A stretch of 64,000 bases of DNA from Desulfatiglandales bacterium (GTDB lineage Bacteria > Desulfobacterota > DSM-4660 > Desulfatiglandales > Desulfatiglandaceae). The notes under the pieces were generated by a model. The model was not told where the DNA came from. It did no database searches and saw only the letters and a program-made list of their open reading frames with translations. Below are positions 20,477-29,694 of this stretch, piece after piece. The stretch covers positions 1,568,001-1,632,000 of the forward strand of contig OY759599.1 of NCBI GenBank assembly GCA_963662465.1, read 5' to 3'. Every line of letters begins with the position of its first letter. Position 1 is the stretch's first letter. The position numbers and the translations under genes were made by a program.

Positions 20477-20824
20477 TCAGGGTAAGCTAATTTTTTTCCA
20501 TAAAGGCGCGGCTCCTTTGGGGTTGGTGTTCCATAAAATCATCTGCAGTTCATGGGCGGCCAGCTGCTCCAAACGGCCATTTTCCGGCCACCAGTGAAAA
20601 CGACCACTCGACAGCCGTTTTTGGCAAAGCCAGAATCCCTGGCCATCATACCCGAGAATTTTGATGGTGGTCCCTCGTCTATTACGAAAAACAAAAATAT
20701 ACCCGGAGAAGGGATCTGATTTTAAAACACTGCGGCAAATGCCGGCCAGGCCATCAATGCCTTTTCGAAAATCCACCGGCTTCACCGCCACAAGTATCCG
20801 CATTTGGGGGCTGATCTGCATCAT
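20477..20824 (-). CDS. tnpB: IS66 accessory protein TnpB
   Basis: PVDFRKGIDGL...FVFRNRR...IKILGYDGQGFWLCQKRL; ATGA overlap with tnpA. Confidence 0.93.
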   Translation of the reverse strand: MMQISPQMRILVAVKPVDFRKGIDGLAGICRSVLKSDPFSGYIFVFRNRRGTTIKILGYDGQGFWLCQKRLSSGRFHWWPENGRLEQLAAHELQMILWNTNPKGAAPLWKKISLP

Positions 20825-21216
20825 GACTGTTGCCTCCAAAATGTTTGGATCAGGGATGCAACATCAATAGGCCCCTTCACATGGACTTTCATTCTGGCGC
20901 CTGCTTGTTCAAGCTCCAGATTTACTTCAACCGAATCAGCTGGTGGGTTGAGTGGTGGCAATTCTATGAATGTGGGTGGAAGAAGTTCTTCGGTCGGGCT
21001 GTTCGGAATACTTTCAATGCGATCCTTCAGGTCACTGTAATTCAGGTGCAATGCTTTGGAAAGTTTATTAATGCTGAAATTATCCACCAGGGAAACAGCA
21101 GCATCCCATAAGGACTCAGGAATACGGTCCCGTTTCTTGCGGTTTTTGCGCCAGTCGGAAAACTGGGCTTGTACTGCTTCGAGACGTTGCTTCTCTTTTG
21201 ATTTTTTCTTCGCCAT
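20821..21216 (-). CDS. tnpA: IS66 accessory protein TnpA-like
   Basis: WRKNRK...IPESLWDAAVSL HTH and FIEL motif; first gene of the IS. Confidence 0.75.
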   Translation of the reverse strand: MAKKKSKEKQRLEAVQAQFSDWRKNRKKRDRIPESLWDAAVSLVDNFSINKLSKALHLNYSDLKDRIESIPNSPTEELLPPTFIELPPLNPPADSVEVNLELEQAGARMKVHVKGPIDVASLIQTFWRQQS

Positions 21217-21293
21217 GGGCTATCCTCCTGAAAGGTTTTAGCCCAAGTTAAGTCCCCCGCGCAGCATTTCATGCGGGCTTGCCGAAAGGACAC

Positions 21294-21405
21294 TTTGAAG
21301 TGGAAATCCTGTGCGATCCTCTCTCCCCGAATCAAACCCAGGTCCCGCGCCCTGGCGGCCACGTCATTTCGAAGATCCTGGAGGTGTTCGAACTTCATAT
21401 CAACA
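21294..21405 (+). repeat. 112-bp perfect direct repeat, right copy
   Basis: Identical to 13698-13809. Confidence 0.95.
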
Positions 21406-22100
21406 AACCCATCGTACAGGGCCGTTTTCCCCGGAAAAACACCGACGCCGGCGGCAACCGCCACAGAGCGGTCGCTGTTTCTATTGAGGTGTCCCACCGT
21501 CTCGTATCCAGCCAGGATACGGCAGACGTTCAAGAGGACAAGATTGGTGATCTCACTGCCCTCGCCCCTCTTGGGAGCGTAGACCTGGAGAGCCTCGCAG
21601 ACCCCCAGATCATCAATGAACTGCGCAAGCACAATCGGGCCAGGATCGCAAACCGCAAATGCTCGGCTCTGCATGCGATTCAAGAAATGTGCAAAGTGTG
21701 CGTTCAACTTCTTCGGAACCCGAAACTGGCCTGCCTCGGCCGCATCCTTTGCTGTCTTGAGAAGCGGCGCCGGTTTCTCCGGTACCTCTTCTCCCCAAAG
21801 ACCTCGCAATCGTACAGGCCTACGTTCCTTCTCCAAGAGTTCCCAGTATCGCAGAACTTCGTAAAGCGCCGATCGGGAACAGCGCAACTCCATCCGTGCC
21901 ATCAGCTCATCCAGACTGAAACGCGGATGTTCCATCTTCTCCTCAATGACACGTATTTCCAATTCATCGGAAATTTTCCCTCGACCCCGACCGGGCTGTA
22001 TCCAATCCACCAACCCCCACACACCGTAGTTCCGAAAGCGATACAGGTACTTGTAAAAAGTTGGTCGCGACATGCCATAGCGGCGTATTGTATCCCCTAA
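21294..22100 (-). pseudogene. Outer-IS transposase, fragment 2
   Basis: LGDTIRRYGMSRPTFYKYLYRFRNYGVWGL HTH, running into the duplicated VDMKFEHL...FHFK segment. Confidence 0.85.
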
Positions 22101-22167
22101 CTTGAAAGCATAGGAATTTCCATTTTTGATTTGGCATATCAAATAGTTGTTGCAGTGATGGCATTAA

Positions 22168-23365
22168 ATGTGTCAAAAAAAGCACATTATGCATATGCCA
22201 TCAAACCAAAAAATTGATAAGGAGACTTTCCGGACGATTTTTATTGATCATTGGGAATCATTCAAAGAGCATCATCCAGGGTATGATAATTCGCAATATG
22301 AAGATCCGGTTCAGAAAATGCTTGGTTGCGGCAAGGAAAGCGCCGGATATAGCGAGCACCGGTGTGTTTATTGCGGTGGTGATGTTCGCCGGATAGGTTT
22401 TAGTTGCAAGAGCTGTTTTTGTTTATCCTGCGCCAAGAAATATGTTGACGATTTTGTCAGTCAAGTGAGTAGGGTGCTTCATGGGGGCATGAATTACCGT
22501 CACATTGTTTTGACAATTCCCGAGCAACTGAGAATCGTTTTTTATAAGGCTCGAAATGATGGACGTTTGTTATCGGCTTTTATGAGATGCGGGTACGAAT
22601 GTTTGGAGGATGTTGTCGGAACGGTTCTTCGGCGGAAACTGAAAATAGGAACGATCGTCGTTGTTCAAACGCATGGTCGATCCGGTCATTATAATCCGCA
22701 TTTGCATATCATCATGACAAGCGGTGGGATAAATGAAGATCTGTGCGGTTGGTTTGATTTAAGGTTCTTCAAGTATGAGATTATACATAAGAAATGGCAG
22801 TATCATCTATTCAGAATGCTCAAGTCCCATTTTAACAGCAGTGCGGTCGATAAACTTATTGATGAGCTGTGGAAAAAATACCCTAAAGGTTTGGTAGCCA
22901 ATGTGAGCAAGGGTAATGTTCCTGAGACATGTGGGGGTCTGGCGCGATATTTGGCGAAATATGTTGCATCTCCTCCGATAGCTCTGAGACGGATAATCAG
23001 TTATGATGGCCAATATGTTACCTATTGGTACAATGATCACATGACAAAATCCAGGAAGGTTGAAACCGTGGAAGTGGATGTTTTTATCGGTCGAATGGTT
23101 CAACACATAATGCCCAAAGGGTTCCAGCGGGTTCGTTATTATGGGCTACAGGCTACGAAAACTTTTAAGAAATGGTCGGAAGTAATACGGAAAGGGATGA
23201 AGGCTTTGGGGCGTGGGATTAAAGGAACGTATCAAGTCGTAAAAGCGAAAAGATATCGAGAACGTTATAAGGAGATCAGCTCTCAAGATCCTTTTTTGTG
23301 TCGTTATTGTGGCCATGAAATGGTGCTATGGAAGATATGGCATCCAAAATATGGAGTTTTATATG
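22168..23365 (+). pseudogene. IS91-family Y2 HUH transposase (interrupted near the C-terminus)
   Basis: Zn-binding SCKSCFCLSC, HIVLTIP, YNPHLHII (HUH), RYLAKY (Y2), QHIMPKGFQRVRYYG. Confidence 0.9.
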
Positions 23366-23727
23366 CTTCAACGCTAATCAAAACTGAACCAAGTTTGCTA
23401 ATGGAAATTGAACCATTGGCTGTCACCGCCGGTGAGTACGGCCCTCAGGTATAGCGGACGATGAGGGATCCATAAGTGGCGGCAAAGGAGTCGTTGATGT
23501 AGATTTACTTTTCAATAAATTTTTATAAAATCTATTTTCTTTGGATTTGGTTTTCTTCTTCCAAGACAGAGGCTTGGTTAAGTGGAAATGCGATTTACTT
23601 TGTAGAATGGATGGTGAAGGCCCGAAGTAGCCGCTTCGGGCCTTCTTTTTTGACCACCGGATAGAGCCGGAAGCCACACACACGCCAATTTTATATAAGT
23701 GTGTTTCCGGCCAATTGCAAGGCCGGA

Positions 23728-24144
23728 ATGATGGGAGATGTCCTTTTAAGAGTGGTTCAATGCCGATGTTGTGGTTGCTTTTTTCACGTCTGTCGGTCGT
23801 GTTGGCGTGGCCAGGCCTATTGTGGGGAACGATGTCGCAGGATACGCCAAAGACAGCTGCACCGGAAAGCTCAGGGGAAATACCGCAATTCGAAAAAAGG
23901 GAAAGAGCGCCGTCGTTTGTACGAAAAAACAAAAAAATCCAAAAAAAATGGACTGAACCCTGGTGATGATAGTTCAACACCTCAAAAAGACTGTGATATT
24001 GAACCCAAAAAGCGGTCGGGGAACCGACCCAGCTGTCTTTTTTGCGGGTCGATCGGGGTTGTTGTGGACCATTTTCCTCGCCGTGCTTATGCAGGGAGGG
24101 TTTTTTCAGATGTAACAGGCTTTGAGAAAACCCCATATCCATGA
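23728..24144 (+). CDS. Cys-rich zinc-finger protein (IS21 passenger)
   Basis: CRCCGCFFHVCRSCWRGQAYCGERC...CLFCG; start codon uncertain. Confidence 0.65.
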   Translation: MMGDVLLRVVQCRCCGCFFHVCRSCWRGQAYCGERCRRIRQRQLHRKAQGKYRNSKKGKERRRLYEKTKKSKKNGLNPGDDSSTPQKDCDIEPKKRSGNRPSCLFCGSIGVVVDHFPRRAYAGRVFSDVTGFEKTPYP

Positions 24145-24156
24145 CAGGAGAAAAAA

Positions 24157-24576
24157 ATGATCAAAAAAAGAGTCCTTTTTCCCGAAAGAGTGCGTGTCAT
24201 CAATGGAAGCTTCGGCTTTCTGGAGCATCGTTTTTTGAGAAACGGCTTTTGGGAGAGCCTGAATCATCATGAGCTGCTGCTCTACATTTTTCTGGTGTTG
24301 GTATCTGACAAAAACGGGCTCTCTTATTATGGTTACGACAGAATCTGCCGGATTTTAAAGGTGCATTTGGATCAATATATCGATGCCCGCGATGGCTTGT
24401 TGGACAAGGATCTGATTGGGTTTGATGGCCGTCTGTTTCAGGTTCTTTCGCTTCCCAGACGTCCTGTGATTGTGAAACAGGTAAAGGAGATCCGGCAAGG
24501 AAATTGGGTCAGTCTTGGAGAAACCATAGAGGAAATCTTTCGGGAGACTGGGTATGGAATCCATCCGAACCGTTGA
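24157..24576 (+). CDS. Winged-helix-like DNA-binding protein (IS21 passenger)
   Basis: SFGFLEHRFL...LLLYIFLVLVSDKNGLSYYGYDRICRILK; AGGAG RBS. Confidence 0.65.
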   Translation: MIKKRVLFPERVRVINGSFGFLEHRFLRNGFWESLNHHELLLYIFLVLVSDKNGLSYYGYDRICRILKVHLDQYIDARDGLLDKDLIGFDGRLFQVLSLPRRPVIVKQVKEIRQGNWVSLGETIEEIFRETGYGIHPNR

Positions 24577-25438
24577 TATTCATTTGCTGGAGTTGCGTTA
24601 CGCTCATTGCCGGATAATGAATCACCAGGCTTTAAAGCGATTGAGGGATTCCATCGAAACTTACGGGCAGATCGTTCCGGCCCTGGCTATTGAAGAAAAA
24701 GACAAACTGATTCTGATTGATGGCTACCTGCGTGTTCGAGCGCTTTGTGCTTGTGGAAAGGACCGGATATGTGTCCAATTCTCAAAAGAAAACGAACAAA
24801 ATGCCATGTTTTCGCTTTTAACCAAGGCCAATGAACGGCAATGGGAAGTCATTGAGCAGTCTGTTTTACTTCAGGAATTACATCGGCGTTTTGGGTGCAG
24901 CCTCTCCCATATTGCAACCCGAATAGGGCGCGACAAGAGTTTTGTAAAACGGCGGCTGGACCTGGTTGAAGCCCTGCCGGAAAATATTTTGAGAACCGTG
25001 ATTGCAGGCTCACTTTCAACCTGGGCTGCCAGCCGTGTCATGGCGCCGTTGGCGCGCGCCAACGGTGAAGACGCACAAAAACTGTTGGCCCACCTGGAAA
25101 AAGAACCTCTATCCACAAGGGAACTGGCCCGTTTCTACGCACATTACCAGAAAAGCAACCGGTCTGTTCGAGACCACATGCTGGAAAATCCATCCCTTTT
25201 CATAAAAGTTCTCGAACAAAGAACCCAGTCTAAACAAGCCAAAGAAGTTCATGATGGACCGGAAGGCAAATGGTTCAAGGATATTGAAATGGTATATGCG
25301 GTTCTCAAACGTCTGGTGAAAACCGTTTCGCATGTCCATTACCCAAAAAGCGATCAGTTGAAGAAACAAACGCTCAAAACCTGGGTGAAAAAGATAGAAA
25401 AACAAGCACTGGAACTCAAGAAAGCGACCCAATTATGA
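24554..25438 (+). CDS. ParB/RepB/Spo0J-like protein
   Basis: LRDSIETYGQIVP...LIDGYLRVRAL ParB-N motif, followed by HTH SLSHIATRIGRDKSFVKRRL. Confidence 0.85.
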   Translation: MESIRTVDIHLLELRYAHCRIMNHQALKRLRDSIETYGQIVPALAIEEKDKLILIDGYLRVRALCACGKDRICVQFSKENEQNAMFSLLTKANERQWEVIEQSVLLQELHRRFGCSLSHIATRIGRDKSFVKRRLDLVEALPENILRTVIAGSLSTWAASRVMAPLARANGEDAQKLLAHLEKEPLSTRELARFYAHYQKSNRSVRDHMLENPSLFIKVLEQRTQSKQAKEVHDGPEGKWFKDIEMVYAVLKRLVKTVSHVHYPKSDQLKKQTLKTWVKKIEKQALELKKATQL

Positions 25439-26817
25439 TCCGACAATCCAAAAAAGATGCCATTGTGGAATTGAAAAAAACCGGCATGAGTTTGCGCGAC
25501 ATCGCCAAAACCCTGAAGGCCGGTCGCAATACCGTCACGAAGGTTTTAGATGATCATGACGAAGAGGCGGTACCCCAAAGGAACTCCCGGTATGAAGAAC
25601 ATGTCCCGTTGATCCGCGAGCTTTTCAAGGAATGTAAAGGAAATGCCGTGCGAGTAGCCGAGGAACTGGAAAGCCGCCAACAGATCAAAATCCCTTATCA
25701 GAGTCTGACCTGGATTATGAGAAAGTACGAGATCCGGGAACGTAAAAAAAGACGGGCGGGCCAATACCATTTTAAACCCGGTCAGGAGATGCAGCATGAT
25801 ACGTCACCCCATCTGGTTGTCATTAATGGGAAAAAAATGTCGACCCAGTGCGCGTCCCTGACCCTGGCCTTTTGCCGAAGGATTTTTATTCAGTATTACC
25901 CCTGTTTTACCCGGTTTGAGTGCAAGGTTTTCCTAAAAAAAGCATTCGAGTTTATGGACGGGGTGTGTTCCCGGTGCATGGTTGACAACACCAATGTTAT
26001 TGTGGCCGGCGGCACCGGGCCTGATGCATTGATTGCGCCTGAAATGAAATACTTCGGCGATATGTATGGAACCCGGTTTGAGGCCCATGCTGTAGGAGAC
26101 GCCAATCGAAGTGCCCGTGTGGAAAGGCCTTTTCATTTTGTGGAAAACAATTTTCTTCCCGGTAGAACATTTGTTAGCTGGCAGGATTTGAACCGGCAGG
26201 CAATCGACTGGTGCCGGAATACAAGCGATAAAAAGTTTAAACGGGCTTTAGGGATGACGCCGGATGAGGCCTATGTCATTGAAAAGCCATATCTCATTGA
26301 TTTACCGGCATACCAGCCGCCAGTCTATGTGGCAGAACACAGGGTAGCCGATGTTCAGGGATATGTGCACTTGGACACCAACCGCTATTCAGTCCCTGAA
26401 GCGCTGATTGGGAACTCCCTGGAAGTACAGAAACATTGGCTCAAGGTCATCGTTTACGACAAAAACACAAAAGTGGCGGAACATGACCGCATACTGGATA
26501 AACGCAACACCCGAACAACCCTGCCCGGTCACCATGTTCCCATTCGAAGAAAAAAAGATCCCCGAATCCCTTCAAAAGAAGAACAGCTGTTGACGGGAGA
26601 GGATGCCATCCTGGATGAGTATGTGGCTGAACTGAAGAAAAGAAGTCACGGTCGCGGTGTGGTCAAGTTACGTCGGTTGCTTCATCTGAAACGCACTTAT
26701 CCCGGGGAACCTTTTTTGAAAGCCATAACACAGGCGCTTAAATATGGACTTTTTGATTTGTCGCGTCTGGAAAACATTATTCTCGATTATATCGCGGGAG
26801 ACTTTTTTGATCTATGA
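25435..26817 (+). CDS. istA: IS21 transposase IstA
   Basis: N-terminal HTH, PGQEMQHD, MVDN, SARVERPF, NRYSVP. Confidence 0.92.
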   Translation: MIRQSKKDAIVELKKTGMSLRDIAKTLKAGRNTVTKVLDDHDEEAVPQRNSRYEEHVPLIRELFKECKGNAVRVAEELESRQQIKIPYQSLTWIMRKYEIRERKKRRAGQYHFKPGQEMQHDTSPHLVVINGKKMSTQCASLTLAFCRRIFIQYYPCFTRFECKVFLKKAFEFMDGVCSRCMVDNTNVIVAGGTGPDALIAPEMKYFGDMYGTRFEAHAVGDANRSARVERPFHFVENNFLPGRTFVSWQDLNRQAIDWCRNTSDKKFKRALGMTPDEAYVIEKPYLIDLPAYQPPVYVAEHRVADVQGYVHLDTNRYSVPEALIGNSLEVQKHWLKVIVYDKNTKVAEHDRILDKRNTRTTLPGHHVPIRRKKDPRIPSKEEQLLTGEDAILDEYVAELKKRSHGRGVVKLRRLLHLKRTYPGEPFLKAITQALKYGLFDLSRLENIILDYIAGDFFDL

Positions 26818-27533
26818 AAAAGAAAATTGAACAGTTACTCATTGATTTGAAGTTTAAAGGCATGCTGAAGGCTCTCGAAGAACAGTTGGCTTCGGCTGAA
26901 AAGAACGGTTTTTCCATTCACGAGGTCATCTACAATCTCCTGGCTGAGGAATTACGTTTCCGGCAGGAGCGCAGCATGATCTATCGGGTCCAGATTGCAA
27001 AGCTTCCATGGGAATGGACCCTCAACTCCTTTCCGTTTGATCTTCAGCCGGGAATACAGAAGAGCCGGATCATGACGTTGTCCGGCCTTGACTTTATCAG
27101 CCGAAGAGAAAACATCGTGTTCCATGGAAAAACCGGCGTCGGCAAAACGGGATTGGCCGTGGGGATCCTTCGTCAAGCCATTATTGCCGGGTACCGGGGG
27201 CGTTTTTATAATGTTCAGGATTTGCTGGATCAGCTCTATGCGTCTTTGGCAGATCGGTCCACCCCGAAACTCCTCAATGCCCTTTGCAGATATGACCTGC
27301 TTCTGCTCGATGAACTGGGATACCTGACCCTCAAAAAAGAGCAGATGAACGCCTTTTTTAAACTCATGAAAGATCGCTATGAAGCCGGTCGGTCCACAAT
27401 TATTACGACCAATCTTCAACCTGAACAATGGTATTCGCTGCTTGAACCAAAGGACATGGTCGATGCCTTGCTGGATCGTCTCAACCATCGCTGCATCAAC
27501 ATTCATATTGATGGTCCTTCCCTCAGAAAATGA
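26814..27533 (+). CDS. istB: IS21 AAA+ ATPase IstB
   Basis: GKTGVGKT, LLLLDELGY, STIITTN, LLDRLNH, GPSLR. Confidence 0.94.
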   Translation: MKKKIEQLLIDLKFKGMLKALEEQLASAEKNGFSIHEVIYNLLAEELRFRQERSMIYRVQIAKLPWEWTLNSFPFDLQPGIQKSRIMTLSGLDFISRRENIVFHGKTGVGKTGLAVGILRQAIIAGYRGRFYNVQDLLDQLYASLADRSTPKLLNALCRYDLLLLDELGYLTLKKEQMNAFFKLMKDRYEAGRSTIITTNLQPEQWYSLLEPKDMVDALLDRLNHRCINIHIDGPSLRK

Positions 27534-27631
27534 GATGTTCGCCAAAGGGCCGGTTTTGAGGTCTGAATATCACCGGTCTGTTTGAATCTCGTTACACGAA
27601 TATCAGAAATTACCTTGTCTTGGAGCTTGAA

Positions 27632-27829
27632 ATGAGAGGTGGAAAACGGGTAGGCGCCGGCCGAAGAAAGAAACCGGAACATTTGAGACGTGAACTGCTC
27701 ACCATTCGTCTCCCCAAATGGATGATTCTACAGCTGAAAAAAAACGGGGAAATTGGATATTTGATTGAGGATCAATTGGCGAAGGGAGGCCTCCTGAATT
27801 TACCGGACGACTATGACATAGACAAATAG
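27632..27829 (+). CDS. Small DNA-binding protein (RGGxRxGAGR motif, RHH-like)
   Basis: MRGGKRVGAGRRKKP...LTIRLP; lies inside the IS21 right end. Confidence 0.55.
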   Translation: MRGGKRVGAGRRKKPEHLRRELLTIRLPKWMILQLKKNGEIGYLIEDQLAKGGLLNLPDDYDIDK

Positions 27830-28098
27830 TTCCTCAATAAGCATTGCCCTTAACCGAAAAATCTAATCCCCTCTTCTCTGCCATCACCATATTGATGGTA
27901 TCCTCATCACTGATTCTTCAACCAGAACGCTACGTGTCTCACCAGCATTTTTAAAATACCATCTGATATACTCTTTCATGCAACCTCTAACAAATTTACA
28001 AGAAAACCCTTCTAAAAGGAAAAGACCAGTGCGCAATATCTGGTTCCGTTTGGATTAGCAAAACTGGTTCCATTTTAGTTAGCGCCCAAGTTTATATG

Positions 28099-28235
28099 AC
28101 GAATATGAAAACATCAAAAACGACAGGTACGGCACGGTTACAGGACAAAATGACAGCGGGGGTGGAAGGCGAGGACTTCCCGTTCGGCCCTCCTCCGGAG
28201 GAATATCCTTACCGTTGTTCCCATTGCCGGCATGA
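28099..28235 (+). pseudogene. IS91 transposase C-terminal tail
   Basis: Rejoining gives GVLY|DEYENIK...* and a 444-aa ORF. Confidence 0.75.
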
Positions 28236-28386
28236 AATGAAGGTAAATGAAGCGATAATAGACGTCGAGATTGCAAAAGCAGAATATGAAGGAAGGAATG
28301 TGGAAGGCTTTATGCCCATTCTCGGTTGCCCTCAGTGCAATCGAGAAACAATGAAATATGCGCAAGGTAGAAAGCCCGCGCGTTAG
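28150..28386 (+). CDS. Small zinc-ribbon protein within the IS91-like element
   Basis: CSHC...CPQC; overlaps the transposase tail; start uncertain. Confidence 0.5.
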   Translation: MTAGVEGEDFPFGPPPEEYPYRCSHCRHEMKVNEAIIDVEIAKAEYEGRNVEGFMPILGCPQCNRETMKYAQGRKPAR

Positions 28387-28394
28387 CGCGCTAA

Positions 28395-28970
28395 GTTCTT
28401 TTTCTGCTTCAAGCCCAGTTCCCGAAATAACTCGAAGCGTAATTGCAGCGCCTCCTCAGGAATGTAAAACGTACCCCTGCGGTCTTTCTTACTTCGCATT
28501 GACCCCGTTTGCGACGTCAACCACCGAATCGCCCGTACGCTCTGCTGGATTCCATACCAGTAGCTCTGGTCATTTTCGTCGCGGCTATTCCCGATTCCGT
28601 GGCAATGCAAGATATGGCTGATCGTTTTCAACGTGGGTCGCGGTGAAAGACCAAGTGCCTCGGCGAAGCGCAATATCATCGTTTCCGTGGCCTTGGGCCT
28701 GGTCATCTTCAGAATCAAAGCGAGACGTTCAAGCTTTTTGTTCTGCTTCTTTGCGCCCAACTCAGGGAAGAGTGCAGCACACCCGTGCTCGATGAATGCG
28801 GTCTCTAACCGGTAGAAGTCAGTCCTGGAGCAACAAGCAGCTTTGCAGGCGTCTGTTATGGAATTCCCTTCCATCCAAACACTACGAAGCATCTCGTAAT
28901 TCTGCACAGCCGGATCGTCGGTAAAGAAAGGTACATCAGTATTGGGGCGCCTTCGGCAGTGCATGGGCAA
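28395..28970 (-). pseudogene. Outer-IS transposase, fragment 1 (N-terminus)
   Basis: NYEMLRSVWMEGNSITDACKAACCSRTDFYRLETAF HTH; the four fragments sum to 2,337 nt in frame (778 aa). Confidence 0.82.
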
Positions 28971-29403
28971 CCGTTGAAGGGAGCTCGGCCAGATAGCTCA
29001 TTTGTTTTTGCGTGAAGATCATGGCCGATATTGTAAATATCTAAACTGGATAAGTCAAGCATTTTTGTATACCCCTATACCAAACACACAGAACTCGCCT
29101 CAATTTTATATAACCATTTGAAATAATAAAGTATTTTGCTGATAGCCATGATCAGACAAGGCCGGAGCTCGGATCGATCGCTGATAGGATTTCCACCACA
29201 GGGATAAAATCTCCTTATTTATAAAGGGATTGGAGCTCAACTCCCGCGTTTTGCGACTATTCAGTTAGGGGGTTTACTTTTTGTTCGGAATGGCTATTTA
29301 CACCGCAATGGAATGTCAAACTTTTTCAGCTAATTGCATAGGAAGTGCATCCGATGACACGACAAAAACTGTATCGAAAAAGGGTCCGGAATGGTCTGAT
29401 TTT

Positions 29404-29595
29404 GGAAAAAAATGGGCTGAATCTATCGGCCAGGCGCTTTACTATTCGATCCAGACGGGGAAAAGGGCAGGGGTAGTACTCATACTGGAAAAACCGGGTG
29501 ATTATAAATATTGGATTCGATTAAATACCATTATTGAGCATTTCAGTTTGCCCATTGACACATGGAAAACAGCGCCGCCGGGCGGTCTTGATTGA
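29404..29595 (+). pseudogene. 3' part of the gene begun at 10599
   Basis: GKKWAESIGQALYYSIQTGKRAGVVLILE continues IEFDF in frame across the TSD. Confidence 0.8.
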
Positions 29596-29694
29596 TGTTT
29601 TTCACTGTACAAATCCGGATGCTACTCTGAAAAGGCTGACAGATCAATCCTTCACTTTTTTTGAAAATATTGAGATTCAAGAATAATATAGGAA

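Larger units (their letters stand above)
13810..21293 (-). mobile_element. IS66-family-like element with a DUF4338 gene; 3,458 bp without nested inserts
   Basis: 23-bp TIR GTGTCCTTTC(T/G)GCAAGCC(T/C)GCAT; gene order tnpA-tnpB-DUF4338-tnpC. Confidence 0.9.
23366..28090 (+). mobile_element. Enlarged IS21-family element (4.7 kb) with ParB, HTH and Zn-finger genes
   Basis: ~50-bp imperfect TIRs with two GCTAA...GAACCA units each; 8-bp DR TTTATATG at 23358-23365 and 28091-28098; istA-istB present. Confidence 0.88.
22097..28390 (+). mobile_element. IS91-family-like rolling-circle element; 1,561 bp without the nested IS21
   Basis: CTAA at both junctions (22097-22100, 28391-28394); removing it restores KKN|LGDT in the host transposase; GCGCG-TTAG-CGCGC hairpin at the right end. 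Confidence 0.82.
10878..29398 (-). mobile_element. Outer IS (unclassified DDE, IS4-superfamily-like); 2,824 bp when nested inserts are removed
   Basis: TIRs CAGACCATTCCGGATCGTTTTAAGTACAG / CAGACCATTCCGGACCCTTTTTCGATACAG; 5-bp TSD ATTTT at 10873-10877 and 29399-29403. Confidence 0.9.

Noticed and set aside
20477..20824. RNA-guided TnpB nuclease
   Set aside because: This is the unrelated ~115-aa IS66 accessory TnpB; the IS200 element also has no tnpB.
23423..24142. 239-aa minus-strand ORF and similar antisense ORFs (e.g. 21279-22100, 30640-31362, 55551-56330)
   Set aside because: Shadow frames of better-supported genes on the opposite strand.
29281..29403. Start of a 104-aa ORF at 29281
   Set aside because: This part is the end of the outer IS; the true 5' half of the gene is at 10599-10877.
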